From assembly GCA_963812605.1 (NCBI GenBank), contig CAWEWF010000014.1, forward strand, positions 800,001-864,000: a stretch of DNA of 64,000 nt. The letters are read 5' to 3'. A model generated the notes under the pieces. That model was not told the DNA's origin. It did not search any database and saw only the letters and a list, made by a program, of their open reading frames with translations. How positions within the stretch are numbered: the first letter of the stretch is position 1; every line of letters starts with the position of its first letter. The translations under genes and the position numbers were made by a program. This document shows, one piece after another, positions 14,178 through 23,388 of this stretch. This stretch comes from an uncultured Verrucomicrobiae bacterium (GTDB taxonomy: Bacteria; Verrucomicrobiota; Verrucomicrobiia; Palsa-1439).

Positions 14178-16040
14178 ATGTGTGGCATTATTGGCTACAT
14201 TGGCAAGAAACCCGCCCAAAATGTCATTCTCGAAGGCCTCCGCCGTCTCGAATATCGCGGCTATGACTCAGCGGGCCTCTGCATCATTAATAACAAAAGC
14301 GCTTTTGAACTCCGCAAGAAGAGCGGCCGCATCAACGATCTCGCTGCCGTCCTGGCCAAACAACCCGCCAAGGGCGACGCCGGCATCGGCCACACGCGCT
14401 GGGCGACACACGGACCGCCCACCGACGCCAACGCGCACCCACACCTTGACCAATCGGGCAAAATTGCGCTCGTTCATAACGGCGTCATCGAGAACCACCA
14501 GCTTCTCAAGGAACGGCTCCTCGCCAAAGGCCATACGTTCACTTCCCAGACTGACACCGAAGTGCTCGCCCACCTTGTCGGCGACCATTATGAGAAAGTC
14601 CATGCGGAGAATCCCGGCGCCAACGGATCCACACTCCCCGAGGCCGTTCGCCTCGCGCTCAAGGACGTGGTGGGCACCTACGGTATCGCCGTCGTCCACG
14701 CGGATCATCCCGACCAAATTGTCGGGGCCCGTCGTGGAAGTCCGCTCCTCGTCGGCGTGGGGCGCGACGAGAATTTTCTCGCAAGCGACGTGAGCGCCAT
14801 CATCGCCCACACACGCCGGGTGGTATATCTGAACGACTTTGAAATCGTCACGCTTTCTCGCGATGATTTTCAGGTTTCCACGATTGAGGCCGCGACGGTC
14901 AGCCCGCAAATCCGTGAAGTCGAATTCGCCGCGGAAGAGGTGGAACGCGGGAAGTTCCCGCACTTCATGCTCAAGGAGATCTTCGAGCAACCACAAGCGG
15001 TGCAAAACGCCATCCGCGGCCGTATCAGCCACGACGAAGCCACCGCCCGCCTCGGCGGCCTGAACCTGGCCCCGGGGGAATTACGGACCGTCGACCGCAT
15101 CATCTATATCGCCTGCGGCACTGCGTTGCATGCCAGCATGGTCGGTGAATACTTGATGGAAGATCTCGCGCGGATCCCGACCGAGTGCGACTACGCGAGT
15201 GAGTTCCGCTACCGCAACGCGCCGGTCGAGAAGCATACGCTGGTGTTCGCCATCAGCCAATCGGGTGAGACGATCGACACGCTGGCTGCCGTGCGCGAAT
15301 CGCGCCGTAAAGGCCACAAGACGCTCGGGATCGTCAACGTCGTCGGCTCGACCATCGCCCGCGAAGTTGACGGCGGCACGTACATGCACGCAGGGCCGGA
15401 AATCGGCGTGGCGGCGACCAAGACTTTCACGTCGCAGATTACCACGATGACCTTGCTGGCGGTGCTGATGGGACGGATGCGCCATTTGGCTTCCACGCGC
15501 GGCACGGAAATCCTGCGCGCGCTGGAGGAAATCCCGTCGAAGATGGAACGCGCGCTCAAGCAGAGCGACGCGATCGCGGCCATCGCCAAAAAGTACTGTG
15601 ACGCCAACAGCTTTCTGTTCCTCGCGCGCCAGATCAACTTCCCCATCGCGCTCGAAGGCGCGTTGAAGCTCAAGGAGATCTCGTACATCCACGCCGAGGG
15701 CTATCCCGCCGCGGAGATGAAGCACGGCCCCATTGCGCTCGTCGATCCGCGCACACCCTCGGTCTTTCTGTGTCCGAAGAACTCGGTCTACGAGAAAGTC
15801 ATGGCCAATATCGAGGAAGTGAAAGCGCGCAAGGGACCGGTGATCGTCGTGGCGACCGAAGGCGATGAGAACATCGCGAAGCGTGCCGACGATGTGATTT
15901 ACATTCCCGACACGCTGGAATGCCTGCAGCCGTTGCTCACCGTTCTGCCGCTGCAACTACTCGCCTACCACATTGCCGTCCTCCGTGGTTGCGACGTGGA
16001 TAAGCCGCGTAACCTGGCCAAGAGCGTCACGGTTGAATAG
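14178..16040 (+). CDS. glmS: glutamine-fructose-6-phosphate aminotransferase
   Basis: MCGI N-terminus, RGYDSAG, HTRWATHG, PRNLAKSVTVE C-terminus. Confidence 0.99.
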   Translation: MCGIIGYIGKKPAQNVILEGLRRLEYRGYDSAGLCIINNKSAFELRKKSGRINDLAAVLAKQPAKGDAGIGHTRWATHGPPTDANAHPHLDQSGKIALVHNGVIENHQLLKERLLAKGHTFTSQTDTEVLAHLVGDHYEKVHAENPGANGSTLPEAVRLALKDVVGTYGIAVVHADHPDQIVGARRGSPLLVGVGRDENFLASDVSAIIAHTRRVVYLNDFEIVTLSRDDFQVSTIEAATVSPQIREVEFAAEEVERGKFPHFMLKEIFEQPQAVQNAIRGRISHDEATARLGGLNLAPGELRTVDRIIYIACGTALHASMVGEYLMEDLARIPTECDYASEFRYRNAPVEKHTLVFAISQSGETIDTLAAVRESRRKGHKTLGIVNVVGSTIAREVDGGTYMHAGPEIGVAATKTFTSQITTMTLLAVLMGRMRHLASTRGTEILRALEEIPSKMERALKQSDAIAAIAKKYCDANSFLFLARQINFPIALEGALKLKEISYIHAEGYPAAEMKHGPIALVDPRTPSVFLCPKNSVYEKVMANIEEVKARKGPVIVVATEGDENIAKRADDVIYIPDTLECLQPLLTVLPLQLLAYHIAVLRGCDVDKPRNLAKSVTVE

Positions 16041-16070
16041 CCACGACCGTCAAATAACGGGAATACCCGC

Positions 16071-17000
16071 TTAGACGGCGCGCGAAGCGGATGGCGAAAC
16101 GGCCCAGTTGGCGATGGGACTCGGCTTGCCGCAGTTCAGGCATTTCGTCGCGGCAAACTGCATCCCGCAATGCGGACAGTTCGCCTGCGTGACGAATGTA
16201 TCGAACGGTTTCCGGCACCGTCCGCAGATCCAGAACTCACCGGCCGGCGGTGCGGCCTTGCAGAACGGACACGCAAACTCCAAATGGTGCGGCGCCTTCT
16301 CCAACTGTCTCATGGCTCCCGCCATTTTCCACCCGCGCAGGCAGTTCATGAATATGAAAGCCGCGATCACGCCATACCAAACGGAGTGCTTCTGCAACGC
16401 CAACAGGACCACCGCCGCGGCGCCAAAAAAGCCAATGAAGGTGGCAACAGTCAGGCTGCGCGCGCGTCCCAACACAAACCACAACAGCGATTGCAAAATC
16501 TGGCCGCCATCGAGTGGATAGATCGGCAGCAGGTTAAAAACAAGGAGCACGACGTTGATCCCCCAGACCGTGGTGAGCAGGTTGTACAAATCCGGCAACG
16601 CTGCCGGCCACGCCATCGACCCGCTTAGCGACCAAATTGGAGTCAGCACGAAGAACAGGGCTACGTTCACGAGCGGTCCCGCGGCGATGCTCCACAGCAT
16701 CGCCCCCGGACGCGGCGGCGGATCCACGTAGGCCACGCCGCCGAGCGGCCACAGCACGATCTGGTTGGCCGATCCGCCCACCTGGCGGCACGCGAGCGCG
16801 TGGCCGAACTCGTGCATCGTCACGATCACAAAAAGCGCCAGGTATTCCACCACGTTCCATATCGGCGAAGAGTAGTCTCCTTTCCGGTATTCGATTTCGA
16901 TGGCGGCCACCAGAAACCACGACCAATGCAGGTACACATCAATCCCCACAATGTGGAAGAGCCGAAAGGCGCCTTGTTTGGTGGGTAACATCTGCCTCAT
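16071..17000 (-). CDS. site-2 protease (peptidase M50) with Cys-rich C-terminal tail
   Basis: HEFGH and NLLPIYPLDGG motifs, several TM helices, four CxxC pairs at the C-terminus. Confidence 0.9.
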   Translation of the reverse strand: MRQMLPTKQGAFRLFHIVGIDVYLHWSWFLVAAIEIEYRKGDYSSPIWNVVEYLALFVIVTMHEFGHALACRQVGGSANQIVLWPLGGVAYVDPPPRPGAMLWSIAAGPLVNVALFFVLTPIWSLSGSMAWPAALPDLYNLLTTVWGINVVLLVFNLLPIYPLDGGQILQSLLWFVLGRARSLTVATFIGFFGAAAVVLLALQKHSVWYGVIAAFIFMNCLRGWKMAGAMRQLEKAPHHLEFACPFCKAAPPAGEFWICGRCRKPFDTFVTQANCPHCGMQFAATKCLNCGKPSPIANWAVSPSASRAV

Positions 17001-17276
17001 TTATCGCACGCCCCGGAGCAAACACAAGCGATTTGGCGCGGCACGTTGCATTCGCGAGTCCCGAAACCTTGTCGCTCTGGCATTATGAGCAAGCGCGGGT
17101 ACTGGAGGCCGCTTGTCGTGCAGAGGCGAATCGCTCTGGTTGCGACGAGCAGATACGGACCGCAATCGCTAGGGTGACTGGAATTCTAATCCGGTGATAG
17201 GGCGGTGACGCACTGCGGATGCGATTTCAGGCATTCCGATTGAATCGCCGTACGGCCTCCGATAGGATGTCCGCTT

Positions 17277-17840
17277 ATGAGTGATCGACGCCCCCTCACA
17301 AAAGTCCAATGGGTTGTGGTCGTCGCTGCGGTTTGCGCGATCCTCATCAGTCTCAGCAAATGTTCCACATCAAATACGTCTTCGTCCCATTCCGTGTTTA
17401 GCGTGCCGGCCCCGAAGAGCACGACCCCGCGGCGGGAGATCAGTCCGGAGCAACGCGAAAAGATCAAGGCGCTCCTCGCACCCTATGCCGGCTCCAAAAT
17501 CACCACGATTTCCACTGCCAGTGACGAGGAAAGCCAGGCGTTTGGCGCGCAGTTGGATGCCATCTTCCGTGAAGCGGGATGGCAAGCCGATGTCCAGACC
17601 AACATGACTGTCGGGTCCCCACCGAGCATATTCCTCCGGGTGCCAAAGTCACACATACCGGAATCCAAGGTGAAGGAATTCTCACATTCCGCGACGGACG
17701 TTACGCTCACGGCTGCTGACCTGCCACCGCAGGACCTCGCCATCCTCAAAGCCTTCCGCGTTCTCGACATGGATTGCCCCCTGGAAACGATGGATGGTTC
17801 GAAGGACCACGTGGAATTGCGGGTCGGCAGCCGACCGTAG
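17277..17840 (+). CDS. membrane-anchored hypothetical protein
   Basis: N-terminal hydrophobic segment, Ser-rich linker and a globular-looking domain (PRREISPEQ...FREAGW). Confidence 0.7.
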   Translation: MSDRRPLTKVQWVVVVAAVCAILISLSKCSTSNTSSSHSVFSVPAPKSTTPRREISPEQREKIKALLAPYAGSKITTISTASDEESQAFGAQLDAIFREAGWQADVQTNMTVGSPPSIFLRVPKSHIPESKVKEFSHSATDVTLTAADLPPQDLAILKAFRVLDMDCPLETMDGSKDHVELRVGSRP

Positions 17841-17861
17841 AAGCAGTCTCCTAAACCTTTG

Positions 17862-17885
17862 GTGGCACAGGCGTCCCTGCCTGTG
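17862..17885 (+). repeat. REP-like element (GTGG plus hairpin)
   Basis: GTGG-CACAGGC-GTCCCT-GCCTGTG. Confidence 0.5.
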
Positions 17886-17992
17886 TCGATGGTTTCAGAC
17901 GGTCCGGCACCGCTGCCATTGTACCTCGGACTGGAAGAGAATTCGGTTGCGTGACCGTCAGCTCGTGGATATTGTTGGTGCGCACTTCGGGT

Positions 17993-18076
17993 GCCGACGT
18001 GGCGGAACTGGCAGACGCGCTGGACTCAAAATCCAGTGCCCGCAAGGGCGTGTGGGTTCGATTCCCTCCGTCGGTA
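17993..18076 (+). tRNA. tRNA-Leu (CAA)
   Basis: GCCGACG...CTGGA-CTCAAAA-TCCAG, long variable arm GCCCGCAAGGGC, GGTTCGATTCC, CGTCGGT-A; CCA not encoded. Confidence 0.96.
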
Positions 18077-18094
18077 AACCACCTCCTTTAGGGT

Positions 18095-18392
18095 ACGAGA
18101 CGCTGCGCTCTCGTGCTCTAGCGAACGAAGCAGCAGCGCGGCCTACGAGCGCAGCCGCTTGTCTCAATCACTCGCTGATCCTGGCAAACGACAGCCAGGA
18201 ACGCTCGCTTCTCTGTCTCTTTCCAACACCTGTCTTCCGCGATTACCTCCACACTATGGGCAAGCGGCTCCGCTCTCCAGCCACTTGACCATCTAATAAA
18301 GGCTTACCGGAGACGCTCGCTAGCGCCTTGCTGGCTCTCTCTCTCGCCTAAGTCACCTTCTGTCCTGTTGACACATTAAGCTCCTCTCGGTG
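18095..18392 (-). ncRNA. candidate structured non-coding RNA convergent with tRNA-Leu
   Basis: Own promoter-like sequence, three perfect stems, repeated ACGCTCGCT, no credible long ORF. Confidence 0.3.
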
Positions 18393-18397
18393 ACCCC

Positions 18398-18424
18398 ATT
18401 GTAACACGGCACCCCTCTTGTCAA
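18398..18424 (-). promoter_or_regulatory. sigma70-like promoter facing tRNA-Leu
   Basis: TTGACA-15 nt-TACAAT with an extended -10 TG; spacer is short. Confidence 0.5.
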
Positions 18425-18432
18425 GGTAGTGC

Positions 18433-18493
18433 TGCCTCACCGCGTGGGTTCTTTATAGCTTGGGCCGTTGTGACGATGCCGCTGACAAATCCG
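18433..18493 (+). repeat. 61-bp direct repeat, copy 1 (duplicate of the RDD gene promoter and first 6 codons)
   Basis: 58/61 identical to 19285-19345. Confidence 0.93.
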
Positions 18494-18509
18494 TGACAGA
18501 TTTGGTGGT

Positions 18510-18809
18510 CTATACCAGCGCTTCGTCGGGCTGCCAACGCTTCACTTGGATCTGATTGCTACGCAACCGTGCCTGAGCAGCGTCATAGCCAGCCTGCATT
18601 TTAAGCAGCAAGTCCATACTGACACCAAAAGCCTTTTCCAAGCGTAGCGCCATTTCAGGAGAAACAGCGGCCTTGCCGTGGGTGACATCCGAGAGCGTTG
18701 CGCGGCGTACACCAAGAATAGCAGCGGCACGGGTGACGGTCAGGCCCAGTGCCTCAATAATATCTTCCCGTATGGTTTCACCCGGATGGGGTGGGTTTTT
18801 CATGGTCAT
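18510..18809 (-). CDS. higA: HigA family antitoxin (XRE HTH)
   Basis: PPHPGE, LGLTVTRAAAILGV, VSPEMALRLEKAFG. Confidence 0.93.
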   Translation of the reverse strand: MTMKNPPHPGETIREDIIEALGLTVTRAAAILGVRRATLSDVTHGKAAVSPEMALRLEKAFGVSMDLLLKMQAGYDAAQARLRSNQIQVKRWQPDEALV

Positions 18810-18822
18810 AGTACCTTTCCTT

Positions 18823-19107
18823 TCAATGATAGTCTTCAAAATCCACATTCGTAACGGCAGTGCCGTCCAGCCTGAACGTGATCCGCCAATTGCCTGTCAC
18901 CGTAATACTGTATTCGCCTTTGCGACTCCCCTTGAGCGGATGCAGTTTCCACCCCGGCATGGTCGCTATCTGTCTCAGATTATCGGCAAATTCCAGCGCC
19001 GCAAGAATTCGCTTAATCTTCGCCGCGGACTGGGCCGGCACGCCGTGCGCATCATCCTCTTGATACAGCGCCTTCAGTCCCTTGTGCCGGAACTTTCTGA
19101 TCAGCAT
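18823..19107 (-). CDS. higB: HigB/RelE family toxin
   Basis: IRKFRHKGLK, PGWKLHPLKG, YSITVTGNWRITFR, VDFEDYH; toxin upstream of antitoxin. Confidence 0.93.
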   Translation of the reverse strand: MLIRKFRHKGLKALYQEDDAHGVPAQSAAKIKRILAALEFADNLRQIATMPGWKLHPLKGSRKGEYSITVTGNWRITFRLDGTAVTNVDFEDYH

Positions 19108-19112
19108 GCCTG

Positions 19113-19141
19113 AGCGTACGGCATAACCGTACACATGTCAA
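19113..19141 (-). promoter_or_regulatory. higBA promoter with an overlapping palindromic operator; probably leaderless mRNA
   Basis: TTGACA-17 nt-TACGCT, ATG 5 nt downstream; palindrome GTACGG-CATAA-CCGTAC at 19116-19132. Confidence 0.7.
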
Positions 19142-19284
19142 GCGCTGTTTTGCATACAAAGCAGGAGCGGCAGCCGACGGAACCTGATGAAGGTATTGCG
19201 GGGTGAATCGCCGTACCGGGATGCGCCTCGACAGAGCGGGGCGGCTACACCACACTCCATTCTCTTCCGTGCTTCCAAATGCCT

Positions 19285-19345
19285 TGCCTCACCGCGTGGG
19301 TTCTTTGTAGCTTGGGCCATTGTGACGATGCCGCTGACGAATCCG
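19285..19345 (+). repeat. 61-bp direct repeat, copy 2 (functional RDD 5' end)
   Basis: Matches 18433-18493; contains ATGCCGCTGACGAATCCG. Confidence 0.93.
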
Positions 19346-20164
19346 GAAGCTCCTGCGTTTCACGAAACGGTGGAAACTCCCGAGCAGGTCCGCTTGCACC
19401 TGGAACTGGCGGGGCTGGGGACCCGTAGCATCGCGTACATCCTCGATACCCTTCTCCGTTACGGCATCCTCCTCGCGATCATCGTCGCGATCATTCTCAT
19501 TCTCGACGCGATGCAGCTTCATTGGGAAGACATTGGCGATCGATTCGGCGCGCACTTTTTCGCGATTTTCCTCACCCTGCTCTATTTCTTCATGGAATGG
19601 GGATACTTCGCCACGTTTGAGTGGCTTTGGACCGGTCAGACGCCGGGCAAACGCGCCGCGCGCATCCGCGTGCTCAAGGACGGCGGCGGGCCGGTCTCGT
19701 TCCTCGATGCCGCCTTGCGCAATCTGGTCCGCATCGTGGACAGTTCGGGCCCGATGGCCGCAATCGGCATGCTGTTCATTTTCTTCAACAAGAAAAACAA
19801 ACGGCCGGGCGACCTGTTGGCGCGCACCATCGTCGTGCGCGAACATCCCAAGACGTTGACGCAACTGCTGGCGGTGTCCGACATCCCGCCGCGCGCCGCG
19901 GATGACCCGTTTGCCGACCTCATTCAGCGCATCGCACTGACCAGCGATCAACACGATTTGATCACGCGGTACCTGCAGCGTCGGAACCAACTGGATACTG
20001 CAACCCGGACGCGCTTGTCCCGGCAGATTGTGGATACCATTCTCGGCCCGGTCCGCTTGCAACCAAACTCCGCGCATCTCAACTTCCCGCAGGAAGCCGA
20101 CTACGAGCGCTTCCTGCAAAGTTTGGTCTCCGCGCAGACCGGTCCGCCGTCATCAAAGCCATGA
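19328..20164 (+). CDS. RDD family membrane protein
   Basis: ETPEQV, LAGLGTRSIAYILD, GQTPGK, RNLVRIVD, KRPGDLLARTIVV. Confidence 0.9.
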   Translation: MPLTNPEAPAFHETVETPEQVRLHLELAGLGTRSIAYILDTLLRYGILLAIIVAIILILDAMQLHWEDIGDRFGAHFFAIFLTLLYFFMEWGYFATFEWLWTGQTPGKRAARIRVLKDGGGPVSFLDAALRNLVRIVDSSGPMAAIGMLFIFFNKKNKRPGDLLARTIVVREHPKTLTQLLAVSDIPPRAADDPFADLIQRIALTSDQHDLITRYLQRRNQLDTATRTRLSRQIVDTILGPVRLQPNSAHLNFPQEADYERFLQSLVSAQTGPPSSKP

Positions 20165-21141
20165 CACCCACCCAATTCATCCACAACCGCAAGGAACACT
20201 GGCAGCAACTGGAGTCGCTGCTGGTAAAAACGGAGCGGCGCCGCCTGCGCGCCCTGACGCGCGCGGAACTCAAGCGTCTCGGCCAGCTCTATCGCATCCT
20301 GACCACCGACCTCGCGTATGCGCAGACAAATTTCCCGCAATCCGATGTCGTCCTGACGCTGAACCAACTGGCCTCACGCACCCATCCGTACGTCTATCGT
20401 GGCGAGTCCTTCACCTTCGCCGGTGTGCTCCGGTTTTTCCGCGTCGATCTCCCGCAAACCTTTCGCGCCAACGTCCATTACTTCGCGCTTTCCGCGACGA
20501 TCTTCCTGGTGGCCGGCGCGCTGGGCGCCATCGCCGTCCTCTTCAACGAAGAGGCCGCGGGCATCGTCATCTCCCCGGCGATGATTGATTACATCCACCG
20601 CCACGAGATGTGGACAAACCATCTCTTCAGCGTCGTCCCCTCTTCCGTCGCCTCGACCGCGATCTTTACGAACAATATTTCGGTCGCCTTCTCAGCGTTT
20701 GCGCTCGGCCTCACCTTTGGTATCGGGACCTGTTATGTGATTGTGGTCAATGGTCTCATGTTGGGATGCATCATGATGCTTTGTGCCCGTTACGGCATGC
20801 TCGGTCCGCTGCTCGAATTTATCACCGCCCACGGCGTGGTGGAGATTTCAACGATTCTGATCGCCGGCGCGGCGGGCTTGATGGTGGGCACGGCCCTGCT
20901 CAATCCCGGCGATCATACCCGCCGCGATGCCCTGGCCGTGCGCGGCGCGGATGCCGTGAAACTCGTGCTCGGTATCGCGCCCATTCTCGTGGTGATCGGT
21001 CTGGTGGAAGGCTTCATTTCGCCGCAGCCCGCCATTCCCGCGGAATTGAAAATGGCGCTGGGCCTTTTCCTCGGCGCGTTGCTGTATTTGCACTTGTTCC
21101 TGTCGGGCCGCAAACCGTCTACAGCAAACCGCGTTTCTTGA
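20161..21141 (+). CDS. stage II sporulation protein M (SpoIIM/DUF95) family membrane protein
   Basis: DLAYAQT, IFTNNISV, HGVVEI, GLVEGFIS. Confidence 0.88.
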   Translation: MTPTQFIHNRKEHWQQLESLLVKTERRRLRALTRAELKRLGQLYRILTTDLAYAQTNFPQSDVVLTLNQLASRTHPYVYRGESFTFAGVLRFFRVDLPQTFRANVHYFALSATIFLVAGALGAIAVLFNEEAAGIVISPAMIDYIHRHEMWTNHLFSVVPSSVASTAIFTNNISVAFSAFALGLTFGIGTCYVIVVNGLMLGCIMMLCARYGMLGPLLEFITAHGVVEISTILIAGAAGLMVGTALLNPGDHTRRDALAVRGADAVKLVLGIAPILVVIGLVEGFISPQPAIPAELKMALGLFLGALLYLHLFLSGRKPSTANRVS

Positions 21142-22429
21142 CCTCAAGGTAACGGTTGATCGTGGCCGTGGTCAGCGCGTTGGCGGGGACATTAACGGTG
21201 AGCGCGCCGTGGCGTTCCAGAAGATGGACGGCATTACGGTAATCTTCCCACAATTCAACCGCCGCCACGAGACGGAATGCTTCCGCGGCTTCCACGGGTG
21301 TTTGGGACTGCGCCGCCAACAGGTCCGAATCGCTGATGGTCACGCAGACAGGCAAATGCCGCGGTCGCAAATACAACATCCCGCCCAGCAACGAGCGCGA
21401 TGCTTCCGCGTCCACCAGGTCGGTGAAACACACCATCAAGGTGCGCCGCGAGTTTTTTCGGGCCAAAAAGGAAAATGCGAGCGAGTAATCCGATTCCAGC
21501 CGCACGGGTTGCGCGCGATGCAGCGCCTCGACGATCCGGCCCAATTGCTCGCGGCCTTTGTCGGGCGGCAGATAGGCGACTACGCGATTGGCGAAGAGCA
21601 GCAGCCCCACCAAATCTCCCTTCAAGAGCGCGATCTGCGCCAGCAGCGCCGCGGCATTGGCCACGTAATCCAGTTTGGTGAAATCGCCCACCTTCGCACC
21701 CATCAATCGTCCCGTGTCGATCGCCAGAACCACGCGCTGGTTGCGTTCCGTCTCATATTCCCGCGTCGTGAGCCGGTTGCGCCGCGCCGTCGCCTTCCAA
21801 TCAATCGTGCGGTAATCATCGTCTCGCACGTAATCGCGCAGCGACTCGAATTCCGTCCCTTCCCCCAATAGACGCGACAGTTTCAACCCGCCGGGCAGCG
21901 TCGACGCATGGGCCAACGCCAACTCCGTCTGCGAGAGCTGTTTGATGTTGGGATAAACCTTCACTTCCGTTGGCGCGGGCGCTCGAAATTGCGCCCGTGT
22001 CAACCCCAACGCACCGTTCACGCGATAGAATACATCCCCAAACGCAAAGACGCCGCGGAACGTCGGCCGAATCGGATAGTGGTGTTTGGCACCGGTCATG
22101 GGCAGCAACTTCAAGGCGGCTTCGCGTCCAACTGCCCGGAAATGTATCGGCGGGGAATCTTTCACCATTAGCCGGGCCGCGCGCCGTGAGAGGTTGCGGA
22201 TGTGCAGCGTAACCTCCTGGCGCACCCCGAGTGAAAGCACGCGGGGACAGCTTCGCTCGATCTGGATTCCGCGTCGCGGGATCGTCCCGAAATAATCGTA
22301 CGCGGCCAGGCCCAGCAGTACGGCGTCGTAGGCCAGCGCCATCCCAAAAAATCGCGGCACAAAACCGCCCAGCATCATCGGCACCAAGCCAAGCCCCAAC
22401 AGATACAGAAATCGCGTCGTGAAACTCAT
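21119..22429 (-). CDS. DUF58 (VWA-like) protein
   Basis: GTEFESLRDY, DDYRTIDWKATAR, IDTGRLM, CFTD. Confidence 0.9.
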   Translation of the reverse strand: MSFTTRFLYLLGLGLVPMMLGGFVPRFFGMALAYDAVLLGLAAYDYFGTIPRRGIQIERSCPRVLSLGVRQEVTLHIRNLSRRAARLMVKDSPPIHFRAVGREAALKLLPMTGAKHHYPIRPTFRGVFAFGDVFYRVNGALGLTRAQFRAPAPTEVKVYPNIKQLSQTELALAHASTLPGGLKLSRLLGEGTEFESLRDYVRDDDYRTIDWKATARRNRLTTREYETERNQRVVLAIDTGRLMGAKVGDFTKLDYVANAAALLAQIALLKGDLVGLLLFANRVVAYLPPDKGREQLGRIVEALHRAQPVRLESDYSLAFSFLARKNSRRTLMVCFTDLVDAEASRSLLGGMLYLRPRHLPVCVTISDSDLLAAQSQTPVEAAEAFRLVAAVELWEDYRNAVHLLERHGALTVNVPANALTTATINRYLEVKKRGLL

Positions 22430-23388
22430 CGCGGCACGGGCACTTCTCCCAGCACCTGCGCCACCACGCTGTCCGCCGTGTGCCCTTCAATCTCCGCTTC
22501 CGGTCGCAGGATCAAACGGTGTCGCAACACCGCCGCAGCCAGTTCCTTCACGTCGTCAGGCGTCACAAAATCGCGCCCGCGCAGCGCCGCCAGCACCTTC
22601 GCCGATTGCAGCAGCGCCAGCGAAGCGCGCGGACTGGCTCCCAGCGATAACCGCTGCGAGGCGCGTGTCGCGGCCACAACCTGCACGATGTACTGGATAA
22701 TCTCCTCTTTCACGAGGATTGCCTCCGCGATTTTGCGCGTCGCGGCAATCGAGTCGGCGGTCATGACCGTCTTGACGCCGAGTTGCTGCAACGAGTGAAG
22801 CTGAAAACCCGAGTGATACCGTCGCAGGATCTCGCATTCCTCTTCCGCCTCCGGATAATGAATGGCGATCTTCATCAGGAACCGATCCACCTGCGCCTCC
22901 GCCAGCGGGAACGTGCCCTCGTATTCGACCGGGTTCTGCGTCGCGACCACGAAGAAGTTTGCCGGCAGCGGATGGAGCACCCCGTCCACCGTCACCTGCC
23001 GTTCCTCCATGGCCTCCAGCAGCGCGGCCTGGGTCTTCGGCGGCGTGCGGTTGATTTCGTCAACCAGCACAATATCGGCAAAAATCGGCCCCGCGACAAA
23101 AGCGAAGGTCCGGGTCTGCAAGTCGAAGACGTTCGTGCCGATGATATCCGAAGGCATGAGGTCGGGCGTGAACTGGATGCGCTTGAAGGTGCTACTGAGT
23201 GTATGCGCCAGCGCCTTGGCGAAAAGGGTCTTGGCCAGACCGGGCACGCCCTCAATCAACACATGCCCGCCCGCCAGAAAGGCCACAATTGCCTGCTCCA
23301 TGACCGCGCGCTGACCGACAATGACCTTCTGCAGTTCCCCGATCAACTGTTCAAAGGTCTCGGGAATCGATCCGCTGGTTCCGTTCAT
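22426..23388 (-). CDS. MoxR family AAA+ ATPase
   Basis: GVPGLAKT, RIQFTPDLMPSD, DEINR, ATQNPVEYEGTFPL, GASPR. Confidence 0.95.
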   Translation of the reverse strand: MNGTSGSIPETFEQLIGELQKVIVGQRAVMEQAIVAFLAGGHVLIEGVPGLAKTLFAKALAHTLSSTFKRIQFTPDLMPSDIIGTNVFDLQTRTFAFVAGPIFADIVLVDEINRTPPKTQAALLEAMEERQVTVDGVLHPLPANFFVVATQNPVEYEGTFPLAEAQVDRFLMKIAIHYPEAEEECEILRRYHSGFQLHSLQQLGVKTVMTADSIAATRKIAEAILVKEEIIQYIVQVVAATRASQRLSLGASPRASLALLQSAKVLAALRGRDFVTPDDVKELAAAVLRHRLILRPEAEIEGHTADSVVAQVLGEVPVPR

